This document shows positions 10,901-23,249 of a stretch of DNA of 32,420 nt, one piece after another. Below the pieces are notes generated by a model that was not told the origin of the DNA, searched no databases, and saw only the letters and a program-made list of their open reading frames with translations. Each line of letters opens with the position of its first letter. Position 1 is the stretch's first letter. Made by a program: the position numbers and the translations under genes. Origin of the DNA: Octopus bimaculoides (lineage: Eukaryota); assembly GCF_001194135.2 (NCBI RefSeq), contig NC_068987.1:57216708-57249127 (forward strand), read 5' to 3'.

Positions 10901-11552
10901 GTGTAGTCATTTTAACCTTCACACGCAGCCGACATAATGTTGTGTACTAGCAATGACAAATTAGTGACTAAAGCCTACTTGAATAATCCTCCCCGTATCA
11001 CTACATGAAAATCCAATCTTCTATGAGGATCCTAACTTCCGATTAGCACATGATTAATTAAAACATATTGGAGGATTTGAACTCTCAACCGTGCGCCAGA
11101 CGCTGCTCATCTCTCTTACATCATAAATGCCCGAGAAAAAGGTATGAACGTTACACCTTCCAATTATAACATGCAAAAAAGAAATCCAGTTATATGTAGC
11201 ATGTTACCATCGTTATACTCACTTAGTGAACACAGCGACGGCAGTTATGTTTCTTGGTATGGAGACAGTTCAACACCATTACAAACTCAGATCGTTTGTC
11301 CTGCAAGTTTTTATTTAGTGATTTAACAATCTAGATCCTCGAATTTGCTGTAGATTTACTAGAAACGTGGAGATTGCAGCATCAGTGGAGTTCTCTATGA
11401 ACAGCTCCATATCAATGTTGGTGTACTCTAATGTTCGGTAATATCTCAAATACACTTCTTTCTATGCATTAAAAATATAGTGGCTCTGATTTCAAGCGAT
11501 TCACAATCTTATACGGAAGATATCACCCGTCACCCCTTCTTCCCTTTTTATA

Positions 11553-11913
11553 CAGTGGTTAGGGCAGCGGAGTCGCCGTCGTAGGATCGCGGTTTCGATT
11601 CCCAGACCGGGCTTTCTGAGTGTTTATTGAGCGAAAACACCTAAAGCTCCACGAGGCTCCGACAGAGGGTGGCAGGCGAATCCTGCTGTACTCTTTCACC
11701 ACAACTTTCTCTCACTCTTACTTCCTGTTTCTGTTGTATCTGTATTTCAAAGGGCCAGCCATGTCACAATCTGTGCCACGCTGAAGCTCCCCGAGAACTA
11801 CATTAAAGTGTCTGTGGAGTGCTCAGCCACTTACACGTTAATTTCACGAGCAAGCTGTTCCGTCGATCGGATCAACTGGAACCCTTGTCGTCGTAACCGA
11901 CGGAGTGCCACAA
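11553..11913 (+). mobile_element. SINE family C, slightly 5'-truncated second copy
   Basis: Colinear and highly similar to 9752-10110; ends GACGGAGTGCCACAA. Confidence 0.9.
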
Positions 11914-12918
11914 TATGCATATCATAACAATCTAGGCTTTTTTTTAGTAGTACATGGATCAAGGAAACAGTGTGGTTTCTCATCGTTTTTAACATAAGAC
12001 AGAATTAAAATCCTTGAAATCATTACAATATTCTCTACAATATTTGATGATTCCTCATAGCGATATCAAACATAACAATGGCCAAATAGCATCTCAAAGA
12101 CCAGCCTACTCATACCAGTTCTAAGAAGATTTGGTTTGTATCAAGTGGTTTCTTTTTTGTCTTTCTTATTCATGGAACAGGTAAATTTCTTTTGAAACGT
12201 TCATGCATTGCTCCAGGCTATTAGCGTTGTAGGTGAATTGAAATGCCTTTCAAGCAGTCGCCGAAATGAAATCTCAAACACGTTAGTCGGAAAATGGATT
12301 CCACTTAATAACACTTACTACACACATGTAATGGGCGTGGTTTTATGTAAGGACTTATATTGTTTTAACGGTCAGAAGGTAGCTGAGACAACAGGATCCG
12401 AGACTGAATGCAACATATTACTTAGTTTAATTTTGCTCCAATTTCAGGTTCAAACACTATCAATGTACTTTTGTTTTCTCTTCTTTTCTGGGTCGATAAA
12501 ATAAACATTTGTAATATAATTGAATGAATCAAATTCACCGTCACCTATCTCGGGTTTAGTAGAACAAAACTAGTCAACACATTTAACGCTCAGTAATAGT
12601 TTTGTTAGATAAGTGGAAGAGCGTAGGTGCCTAATCTAGAGGAAGTACATAATCAGCTGGATGTACTTGAGTATATTAATGGATCTTATTTGAAAAATAA
12701 TAGGCAAGGTCAACCTCAGTTAAACTTGATTTTAAAAGAAATAGCAAAAAGTAACAGAATCGTTACTTGAATTATGTGGTTTGCATTGGCAAGAACAGAT
12801 TGCAGTAAAATAATTGAAGTGGTATATCTTGTCTTGAATTGACTTGATTAAAAACAGTTTATAAGATTTGAAGTTTTAGTCTAAATACGGCAAGAAATTA
12901 ATGTTGTAATTTTTGTAC

Positions 12919-13024
12919 TTGTAAAACACGGAGACAGGGGCATTGTGCATGATCTTTGCAAACTTTCTGAAATCAATGCGAGTGATTTTGTTAATGTTCC
13001 GTTTAAACTGCTGAAGGTCAACAC
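12919..13024 (-). CDS. Candidate exon, unverified (LRR-like or EF-hand-like peptide)
   Basis: Strong acceptor tttttctccag|GTG, weak donor AA|gtacaa; (G)VDLQQFKRNINKITRIDFRKFAKIMHNAPVSVFYK partly fits LxxLxLxxNxIxxIxxxxF. Confidence 0.2.
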
Positions 13025-13111
13025 CTGGAGAAAAATAGTGTCTGGCGTTTCTGATAAACGACTGACTTGTGAATAAAATTAATAAGAGAAAAAGAGACGA
13101 AGAGAATAAAC

Positions 13112-13121
13112 GAGAGATAGA

Positions 13122-13158
<37 letters not shown>
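13112..13158. repeat. (GA)n microsatellite
   Basis: Direct reading. Confidence 0.95.
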
Positions 13159-13160
<2 letters not shown>

Positions 13161-14049
13161 AAGAGTGAAAAGAAGAAAAATGAAGTAGTTGTAGACAGAG
13201 ATGTACTGAATAATATAAATTAAATGAAACGTTTTCATATTTCACATGCCTCTTTGTGTTGCCATTCATAACATCATATCATAAAAGTCAAAATACAATT
13301 TATTGCTTTACGTCTGATACCACCAATCATTTAAATATATGTCCGTTTATATTCGTCGCCAGTCAGACGCTTGTAATGTAGCTGAATCGGACCAACTAAT
13401 GAACTGAGACCGGGAGCCTATTTCACTTATAACTTACCGATGTACAATCCTAATTCGGATGCTTAGCAAAAACGACCAAAATCATTATACTGACTTATGC
13501 TCCAGTTGCAAAATTCCCACCAACGAAATTGATAATCAATATCTACTGGATCAGATCGGTTAGCCTATTTCAAATTAGTTGTGAAATTTAATTTGAGACT
13601 ACGACGTATGATAAAATGGCAGGCCGATGATGTAGTCAAACTGGTTATATTCGGTATATTTTAGGGTTCATAGTTAATGGCATTTTGCTTCTGCTTAAAG
13701 GAAATAAAATGGAAAAATATACGAGAAATCAAATAAAACAGAATCAAAGACACGTTTTATACACAAGTCGTTGTATATGCCGGTATGTATGGTATTTTAC
13801 TCAGTGATTGTTGCTGCTTCATTCCCTTTACGTGAATGGCTAATGCAAAAGGTTAATCGTTTCTGTAGAAGGTTATGATGAAAACTGAATCAATCTCACA
13901 TGTTATTAGTACTTTTTTATTATTAACTATGAAAAAATTCATTGATAGGAAATGAACTCTGTAAAGTGAGTCATCAAACTCAGAACATATTTTTTATACT
14001 GTAACATCTCTCACTTAGAAGAAGTAATGGTGATTTTTCATTTAGACAC

Positions 14050-14215
14050 AAGCTCAGCAAGTTTGAGGAGAAGGATTAAAGTTTGTTACTATCGTCCTAG
14101 TAATTGATTGGTACTTTATTTTATCGACTCTGAAAGCATGAAAGTTAAAGTTGACACCTGCTGGACTTCAACTCAGAAGTAAAGAATCGGAACTAATTCT
14201 GCCCCCCCAATTTTT
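14050..14215 (-). mobile_element. SINE family B, degenerate
   Basis: GGTACTTTATTTTATCGACTCTGAAAGCATGAAAGTTAAAGTTGAC is the reverse complement of the family B core. Confidence 0.65.
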
Positions 14216-14599
14216 CCGATGCATTAACGATTCTGTCAATCTAGCACCCTCAGAAGAAGTGGCATTGGGAAGTAAATACTTTTGTATCTTTTCCAAGCGT
14301 ATTAACAGCGTGAATAATGCAAAATGGCTTCAAGTAGGAGTTAAAACAGGGTTACTATCTAGATTTAGTGGGAAAAAATAATAAAAAACCCTCTTTCATA
14401 CAAACCAATAAGGGACTTTCTATGAAACTGATCAACCTGGTAGAAAAATATGTAAGAAAAAATCTCTCAAATTACATGTAAATTTAAAAAAAGGTGTTAG
14501 TAATGGAAAATCTAGTCGTAAAAGTCTGGAAAAAGAATTATAATGATTATGATTTGAACCATAAGTCTTTGATTATAAATCTGCTCGTACAGAACATCT

Positions 14600-15091
14600 C
14601 TCCAATATGACGCATCTTAATTAAATGAATATTGATTTCCTTTGGTGACCCCTCCAAAAAATTTTTATACATTTACAAGGGAGTATTGTGAAATGGAATC
14701 GTGGCCAGTTCATGAACGTGGTTCACTGGGTTCTGTTAACAAAGCCATCACCCAACTTCCTGTTGCTTATACGAACAATTTCCAGTAGTAGCTAATAATC
14801 AATGCAGCTAAAATAAGTAAATGGTCTGCGGAGTTAAAGATTTCTGTTTTGTTACATCAGTATAACTTTGGTGAGCTGCCAGTTCTCAACTTTCTCAAAA
14901 CTATCGCAACGAATCAATAAAGTTGGCAGCTTGTGCAAAACACCAACGATTATAATAGATGAACTCAGTTTTAAAATAAAGCTGAATCTATGCGACGGAC
15001 ACTTAACAGTTGCCTTGCTCTTCCGCTGATACAATATCATTTCCTCTACTTTCTTACGATTAAGATGTCGTATGTCTGCATAAGAAATCAT
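14600..15091 (-). mobile_element. Possible decayed LINE APE-endonuclease fragment
   Basis: IIIVGVLHKLPTLLIR resembles IIVGDFN.PLS..DR; downstream PFTYFSCIDY resembles T.FS....SRIDY. Catalytic residues are not preserved. Confidence 0.25.
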
Positions 15092-15869
15092 TACTTCACC
15101 AGGGTTTCAGGTGAAACGCGAAGGTTAAAGTAAAGAATAAAAAAGAGTAAAAATTACTAAATATAATAGGGTTCCGGAAACGTGAGAACATCCAAAATAA
15201 AAATGAAATATAAGACGTGAATAATATATTTGCTTATTTTTAATCCTTAGCTTTGCGGACTTCTTAATATTGGCTATTTGCCAATAGAATGACAGTAATG
15301 ATCTGGTTTAGATATTCAGAGAAACTAGACTATAAGTGAAAAAAAGTAAAAGCAACTAAACAACTACAGAACAGGAATAAAAATGATTTTTATGGACAAA
15401 TTCTGGCATGGAAATAAATAAACTAGCTTAAACAGCGAAGAATTCCTGCCGACAAAAACAGAGGTATTATTTATCTATTTCAAGGGCGACATATACAGTT
15501 TCGTTCCGGCAACCAGTTCTGAATCTCAGAATATTTAAGGCTTCAAAACTATCGAAGTCAACCACGTTGTTCTAAAGCCGATAAAAAAACAAAGAAGAAT
15601 ATAATAACAGCGATAATTTGTGGAGCTTATTCAATTTGGTGCCTTCTCTTGTATTACAAAATTATTGGTATTGTGTCTGAATGAAAAATCACCAGCACTT
15701 TAAAGTTGGCATGAATGTGCCGTTAAGAAGTTAGCTTCGCATCCACCTACATCGAAGCTCGATCATATTATACAGCAGCGTGCAAAAGTGCAAAAGGGGT
15801 TTTCTTGGTTTGTTTGGAATTTACCCAATGCGACACCATGCAAGTTAACTTTTTATAGATAGATGATGT

Positions 15870-15870
<1 letters not shown>

Positions 15871-15956
<86 letters not shown>
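15871..15956. repeat. (CA)43 microsatellite
   Basis: Direct reading. Confidence 0.97.
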
Positions 15957-15959
<3 letters not shown>

Positions 15960-17112
15960 GCATATGATAAGGCTGCGATAAAGAAATACGGAGGAAAGTA
16001 AATGCATTTCTTCTATGCTTTCGATGCGCTGGAAAAAAGAAAAAAAGGATGAGAACTTTCTTAAGGTTCGTTTCAGTACTTCTGACATATGCTGTGCATA
16101 AAATATGTATAGCTTGATTAATGACGAATCACCCAAAGCACAAATATATAGAGTAAACTACCCACAACGGTGGTAGCTTCTTTGCCCAATGCGATATATA
16201 GCAGTTATTTATACAATCGATTGGGGAAGGAGATGGGTACGCCTTCTTTGAGAGGCGATCAACAACTTACGAACGCACGCCCCATCCTTCCACACACAAA
16301 CACGCACACAGATACACGCACACACAAACACACATACATACGAAATAATATCAATTGCTCTTAGCACATTATAGAACAAGGCAGGAACACAAACAAATAC
16401 ACAAACCAACCAATATTTAGGATGCTACACACTATGCCACCAGAAACAACGAAATGGTCACCCTAAAAAAGTATCATTTAACAATTCAGTCAATAAACCT
16501 CAATAGCTGATGGCTATAGTGGCAGTGCCATATGACCCGTTGAGAATTCATTGAAGAGAGTCATGCATCAAATGATCCTTGACATTTGCTGAAAGAATAA
16601 CAAAATAAGTCCATCATCACCAAACGCTACCATCCTCATATAACCACCATTCCTTTCTGTCTTCCCCTCCTCTCCACCGAACACACAGAAATACCCACAT
16701 AACTCAGTCAACCTTCCATTGGTCAAAAGGGATAAGCATCCCTCCGTTGTACGTCTATTAATGTTATATCACCTGAAGAAATGAATCCATGAAGATGATC
16801 AACCTGATGCCCACGGATACTATGGACTACACTGTAATCATCCCAGGAATGTGATCTTAAGAGAAATGTGATTTGTGGAAACATGTGTAACAATGCATTA
16901 AATGTTTGTAAATTCTATCATAGGATTATTGTTATTATTATTATTATTATATTTATCCTACATTTACATTATACTGGCACAACTTGATGCAACCCCACCA
17001 AAACTGGTTCACCAGTTAGACTGTGGCCGGCAAAATGGAGTAGGAGCTATATTTGCATATTCAAAACGTTTCCCGCAAACAAATTTAAAGGATATATATA
17101 TATATATATATA

Positions 17113-17748
17113 NNNNNNNNNNNNNNNNNNNNNNNNNNNNNNNNNNNNNNNNNNNNNNNNNNNNNNNNNNNNNNNNNNNNNNNNNNNNNNNNNNNNNNNN
17201 NNNNNNNNNNNNNNNNNNNNNNNNNNNNNNNNNNNNNNNNNNNNNNNNNNNNNNNNNNNNNNNNNNNNNNNNNNNNNNNNNNNNNNNNNNNNNNNNNNNN
17301 NNNNNNNNNNNNNNNNNNNNNNNNNNNNNNNNNNNNNNNNNNNNNNNNNNNNNNNNNNNNNNNNNNNNNNNNNNNNNNNNNNNNNNNNNNNNNNNNNNNN
17401 NNNNNNNNNNNNNNNNNNNNNNNNNNNNNNNNNNNNNNNNNNNNNNNNNNNNNNNNNNNNNNNNNNNNNNNNNNNNNNNNNNNNNNNNNNNNNNNNNNNN
17501 NNNNNNNNNNNNNNNNNNNNNNNNNNNNNNNNNNNNNNNNNNNNNNNNNNNNNNNNNNNNNNNNNNNNNNNNNNNNNNNNNNNNNNNNNNNNNNNNNNNN
17601 NNNNNNNNNNNNNNNNNNNNNNNNNNNNNNNNNNNNNNNNNNNNNNNNNNNNNNNNNNNNNNNNNNNNNNNNNNNNNNNNNNNNNNNNNNNNNNNNNNNN
17701 NNNNNNNNNNNNNNNNNNNNNNNNNNNNNNNNNNNNNNNNNNNNNNNN
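17113..17748. other. Assembly gap
   Basis: Run of N after (TA)n. Confidence 0.99.
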
Positions 17749-18102
17749 TATCTTTCTCTCTTTCTCTCACTCTCTTTACTCTCTTTTACTTGTTTCAGTC
17801 ATTTGACTGCGGCCATGCTGGAGCACCGCCTTTAGTCGACCAAATCGCCCCCAGGACTTATTCTTTGTAAGCCTAGTACTTATTCTATCGGACCCTTTTT
17901 GCCGAACCGCTAGGTTACGGAGACGTAAACACACCAGCATCGGTTGTCAAGCGATGTTGGGGGAAGACAAACACAGACACACAAACACACACACATACAT
18001 ATACGACGGGCTTCTTTCAGTTTCCGTCTACCAAATCCACTCACAAGGCTTTGGTCGGCCCGAGACTATAGTAGAAGACACTTGCCCAAGTTGCCACGCA
18101 GT
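17749..18102 (-). mobile_element. SINE family A, 5'-truncated
   Basis: Reverse complement of the family A consensus, including CTTGGGCAAGTGTCTTCTACTATAG and the 3' module. Confidence 0.9.
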
Positions 18103-18124
18103 GTCTATACATCTTACATATAAT

Positions 18125-18245
18125 GGTTACAAATTTTTGCACAAGGCCAGTTACTTCGAGGGCGGGGCTAAGTCAATTACATCATCCTCAGTACTCAACT
18201 GTTAATTATTTTATCGACCCCACAAGGATAAATTCTGCCAGCTCG
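18125..18245 (-). mobile_element. SINE family B fragment
   Basis: TTATTTTATCGACCCCACAAGGAT...ATTCTGCCAGCTCG is an internally deleted reverse complement of family B. Confidence 0.6.
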
Positions 18246-18559
18246 TTGTCTTATATCTAACATATAATAAAGTGCAATGTGTCTCATTGGTCACACTGGT
18301 AGACAGAGACTAAAAGAACATATAGAGCGATAGCGAGAGATAGTCAGAGACGGTAAATGAAGGTGAAGTCTAGTAAAAGGTTTTGCCGTGAAGTCGCTGA
18401 TATTTTAATCAAAATAAAACTGCAAATTCATATCGTAAATTGCATTTAGTTTATCAGTTTCTCATACACACACACATCCAAATATATATTTGAAATTAAG
18501 TACTAAACTCTTTTGTTTTCAAAACGTTATCGTTCACATAACATTCATATATATATATA

Positions 18560-18706
18560 AAACTGAAAGAAGCCCATCGTGTATATGTGTGTGTGTTTGT
18601 GTGTCTGTGTTTGTCTTCCCCCAACACCACTTGACAACCGATGCTGGTGTGTCTACGTCCCCGCAACCTAGCGGTTCGGCAAAATGAGACCGATAGAATA
18701 AGTACT
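18560..18706 (+). mobile_element. SINE family A internal fragment
   Basis: AAACTGAAAGAAGCCCATCG...CGATAGAATAAGTACT; both ends truncated. Confidence 0.85.
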
Positions 18707-18769
18707 GTCTTGTTCTCACTGTCCTGTTCTTGTTTACACTTGGTTCTTTTCCCAAAAACTATATATATA

Positions 18770-18956
18770 NNNNNNNNNNNNNNNNNNNNNNNNNNNNNNN
18801 NNNNNNNNNNNNNNNNNNNNNNNNNNNNNNNNNNNNNNNNNNNNNNNNNNNNNNNNNNNNNNNNNNNNNNNNNNNNNNNNNNNNNNNNNNNNNNNNNNNN
18901 NNNNNNNNNNNNNNNNNNNNNNNNNNNNNNNNNNNNNNNNNNNNNNNNNNNNNNNN
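18770..18956. other. Assembly gap
   Basis: Run of N. Confidence 0.99.
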
Positions 18957-19386
18957 TGTATATATATATATGTGTGTGTGTGTGTGTGCACATACATATG
19001 TATATTATTTCTATATGTTTGTATGTGTGTGTGTGTGTATGTATATATATATATATATATATTTATATATTTATATATATGCACATAAATAAAAACGTAT
19101 ATATATATACATATATATATATATACACATACATACATATGTTTTTTCTTTCGTTTTAGTCCATTTTTCTATGTTTGCCATTTATGATACTAGCCCTTAT
19201 TTTTTTTCCAAGTAAGCGAGAACGTAGTTTTTCAGATTTCCTTGATACAAGAGATGTAAACAACAATGCGCACGCGCATCTACATTCACACCTTCACATA
19301 CGCATACATACATTGTATATGTACGCGTATGCATAGACGTATATAAATACGCGTACGTGTGTACATACACACGTATGTACATGCAC

Positions 19387-19434
<48 letters not shown>

Positions 19435-20214
19435 NNNNNNNNNNNNNNNNNNNNNNNNNNNNNNNNNNNNNNNNNNNNNNNNNNNNNNNNNNNNNNNNNN
19501 NNNNNNNNNNNNNNNNNNNNNNNNNNNNNNNNNNNNNNNNNNNNNNNNNNNNNNNNNNNNNNNNNNNNNNNNNNNNNNNNNNNNNNNNNNNNNNNNNNNN
19601 NNNNNNNNNNNNNNNNNNNNNNNNNNNNNNNNNNNNNNNNNNNNNNNNNNNNNNNNNNNNNNNNNNNNNNNNNNNNNNNNNNNNNNNNNNNNNNNNNNNN
19701 NNNNNNNNNNNNNNNNNNNNNNNNNNNNNNNNNNNNNNNNNNNNNNNNNNNNNNNNNNNNNNNNNNNNNNNNNNNNNNNNNNNNNNNNNNNNNNNNNNNN
19801 NNNNNNNNNNNNNNNNNNNNNNNNNNNNNNNNNNNNNNNNNNNNNNNNNNNNNNNNNNNNNNNNNNNNNNNNNNNNNNNNNNNNNNNNNNNNNNNNNNNN
19901 NNNNNNNNNNNNNNNNNNNNNNNNNNNNNNNNNNNNNNNNNNNNNNNNNNNNNNNNNNNNNNNNNNNNNNNNNNNNNNNNNNNNNNNNNNNNNNNNNNNN
20001 NNNNNNNNNNNNNNNNNNNNNNNNNNNNNNNNNNNNNNNNNNNNNNNNNNNNNNNNNNNNNNNNNNNNNNNNNNNNNNNNNNNNNNNNNNNNNNNNNNNN
20101 NNNNNNNNNNNNNNNNNNNNNNNNNNNNNNNNNNNNNNNNNNNNNNNNNNNNNNNNNNNNNNNNNNNNNNNNNNNNNNNNNNNNNNNNNNNNNNNNNNNN
20201 NNNNNNNNNNNNNN
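19435..20214. other. Assembly gap
   Basis: Run of N after (TA)n. Confidence 0.99.
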
Positions 20215-20301
20215 CTCCAGTTCAGCAAAAGAAATTGGTCCGCACGTTTGCATATGCTGAAGGTTTCTGACTCAGGAATTCAGTAGTGCGGTGGAATTCT
20301 A

Positions 20302-20334
<33 letters not shown>

Positions 20335-20341
<7 letters not shown>

Positions 20342-20706
20342 GCCTGACACCTTGGGCAAATGTCTTTTGCTATAGCCTTCGCGGGCCGACACATGGATTT
20401 GTGAGTGGATTTGGTAGTTGGGAGCTGAAGGAGGCCTGTCGTATATGTATATGTATGTTTGCGTGTGTGAGTGTCTGAGTGTGTGTATTTGTGTCTGTGT
20501 TTGACCCCCCATCACGATCGCTTGATAATCGATGTTGGTGTGTTTACGTCCCAGTAGCTTAGCAGTTCGACAAACGAGACCTATAAAATAAGTCTTAGGC
20601 TTACAAAGAATAAGTCCTGGGGTCGATTTCTTCGTCTAAAATCCCTTTAAAGCAGTACTCCAGCATGGCCACAAGCAAATGACTGAAACAAGTAAGAGAT
20701 TAAAAG
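20335..20706 (+). mobile_element. SINE family A
   Basis: CACCTTGGGCAAATGTCTTTTGCTATAGCC...ATGACTGAAACAAGTAAGAGATTAAAAG. Confidence 0.85.
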
Positions 20707-20853
20707 AATAATATGTATACATATATGACTGGGTGTGTGTGTTTCCCAGCAACATGGTTCCGGATTCAGCAAGTGTTCTCAGTGAATTTGGTAGACAAAA
20801 ACTGAAAGAACTCGGTCGTACACACACGCACACACACACACATTCTCCACTCC

Positions 20854-20894
<41 letters not shown>

Positions 20895-20897
<3 letters not shown>

Positions 20898-21534
20898 GGC
20901 GTGGCTGTGTGGTAAGAAGCTTGATTCCCAACCACATGGTTCCGGGTTTAGTCCATCTTGGGGAAGTGTCTTCTACTATAGCTTTGGGCCGACCAAAGCT
21001 TTGTGAGTGGATTTGGTTAGCGGACACTGAAAGAAGCCCGTCGTATGTATGTATGTATATANNNNNNNNNNNNNNNNNNNNNNNNNNNNNNNNNNNNNNN
21101 NNNNNNNNNNNNNNNNNNNNNNNNNNNNNNNNNNNNNNNNNNNNNNNNNNNNNNNNNNNNNNNNNNNNNNNNNNNNNNNNNNNNNNNNNNNNNNNNNNNN
21201 NNNNNNNNNNNNNNNNNNNNNNNNNNNNNNNNNNNNNNNNNNNNNNNNNNNNNNNNNNNNNNNNNNNNNNNNNNNNNNNNNNNNNNNNNNNNNNNNNNNN
21301 NNNNNNNNNNNNNNNNNNNNNNNNNNNNNNNNNNNNNNNNNNNNNNNNNNNNNNNNNNNNNNNNNNNNNNNNNNNNNNNNNNNNNNNNNNNNNNNNNNNN
21401 NNNNNNNNNNNNNNNNNNNNNNNNNNNNNNNNNNNNNNNNNNNNNNNNNNNNNNNNNNNNNNNNNNNNNNNNNNNNNNNNNNNNNNNNNNNNNNNNNNNN
21501 NNNNNNNNNNNNNNNNNNNNNNNNNNNNNNNNNN

Positions 21535-21598
<64 letters not shown>

Positions 21599-21825
21599 GT
21601 ATGTATGTATATATTTATGTGTGTGTGTGTTTGTGTCTGTGTCTTGACAAACCGATGGTGGTGTATTTACATACCATTAACTTAGCGGTTCAGCAAAAGA
21701 TACCGATAGATTAAGTACCAGGCTTACAAAGAATAAGTCCTGGGGTTGATTACTTCGACTAAAAAAGGCAGAGCTCCAGCATGGCTGCAGTCAAATGACT
21801 GAAACCACTAAAACAAATAAAAGAA
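20895..21825 (+). mobile_element. SINE family A with tRNA-like head, spanning the gap at 21062-21534
   Basis: Head CAGGCGTGGCTGTGTGGTAAGAAGCTTG...GGTTCCGGGTTTAGTCC; 3' module resumes at ~21615. The two halves may belong to different copies. Confidence 0.8.
21062..21534. other. Assembly gap
   Basis: Run of N between microsatellites. Confidence 0.99.
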
Positions 21826-21859
<34 letters not shown>

Positions 21860-21863
<4 letters not shown>

Positions 21864-22180
21864 CCCTCACCAATGTTTGACAACTAGCGTTCCTGTATTA
21901 CGTTCAGCAAAAGAGACCGATAAAATAAGCATCAAGCTTAAAAAATAAATAATGAAGTCGATTAGTTCGACTAAAATTCTTCAGGGTGATACCACGGTAT
22001 GCCCGCAATCTAATGATTAAAGCAAACAAAAGAACAAATATATATATATGTATGCATACACACACAAACACACACATACAGGCATTGATAGGCATCTTGT
22101 GGATTGTTTTTTCTACTATAATCCTAGGGTTGACCAAAGCCATGTGAGTACATTTGGTAGATGGAAAGTAGACCATGTAT
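21860..22180 (+). mobile_element. Two older, degenerate SINE family A fragments
   Basis: CAGCAAAAGAGACCGATAAAATAAG (~21905) and TTCTACTATAATCCTAGGGTTGACCAAAGCCATGTGAG (~22110). Confidence 0.6.
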
Positions 22181-22183
22181 GTA

Positions 22184-22223
<40 letters not shown>

Positions 22224-22389
22224 AGTGCGTGTGTGTGTGTATGTATGTCATTGTTCAGTTTTATTTCAAGATTTCTTGCCAACAGAGAAAGAGCCGATTT
22301 CTTACCTAGATTCAAGGCTCTTTCATTGGAATTTCAACATCAACAAGAGAGTATTTTTGTTTGTATGTATGTATTTATTTATGTATGTA

Positions 22390-22700
22390 TGTGTGCAGAT
22401 TTGTATGTTTTTGCTTTATGTATGCAATCTCATGCATATAGTTGCATATCTAGACATGTTCATATACATTTAAATGATAAACTTCTGGAACGTTTTACAG
22501 ATTTTTACAGTTCCAGTGATAGATTAGATATGTAGTCTTCGAATTAACTTTCTCCTTTCTGGTTTAGAGAAGCCTAATTTCTCAAAATTGGTGTTTAGGC
22601 AGTGTGTTACGTATCCCAGGGCCGCAATAATTACAGGTATAAATCTGAACTTGTGACCTGGATAGAGTAACTGCAGATTTCTCAATAGTTCAAAATCTAT
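22390..22700 (-). mobile_element. 3' end of an R4/Dong-like (RLE) non-LTR retrotransposon
   Basis: ELLRNLQLLYPGHKFRFIPVIIAALGYVTHCLNTNFEKLGF...LHI*SITGTVKICKTFQKFII* (stop at 22470-22472) matches the post-RLE IP.IIGALG....GT..I motif; 3' UTR resembles 8240-8330. Confidence 0.75.
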
Positions 22701-23003
22701 ATATGCATGTATGTATGCATGCATGCATGCAGATAGGTGAGTGTTGGCGACAGGAAGAGCATCCAGTCATACAAAATATGACTGATACATGTTCGCATGG
22801 AAGATTGGATTTTTGTCATATATAATGAATGATATTTTCAGCCGAGACGTCACAATCATATCTGATTTTTCAAGTGCTTTAATTCTGTAAATATACATAC
22901 ATATTTACTCGATTGCTTACATTTAGCAATAGTTTCTCTTTTGATATGTAATTTTCTATCATTAATAAAACTGTCGAAATTATTGACAACACGGGTATGC
23001 TAG

Positions 23004-23133
<130 letters not shown>

Positions 23134-23249
23134 TATAATTCATATAACCAAAGAAATTGTGCATCGTTCTTAATAATATGGTCTTAGTTAAAATATAGCA
23201 CTTATCGAAGTATGCTTCTAAGAGAGAAAAGAACACTTATCAGGAGATT

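Noticed and set aside
15094-15125. TTCACC/GGTGAA hairpin followed by AACGCG, reminiscent of a GAAACGCGU hammerhead end
   Set aside because: No CUGANGA core upstream.
15470-15573. Minus-strand NNVVDFDSFEALNILR after a polypyrimidine-AG
   Set aside because: Spacing does not fit an LRR and the frame ends in a stop with no good donor.
16430-16890. Non-repetitive stretch faintly resembling decayed LTR-retrotransposon pol sequence
   Set aside because: No complete RT, RNase H or integrase motif can be read; needs a TBLASTX/HMM search.
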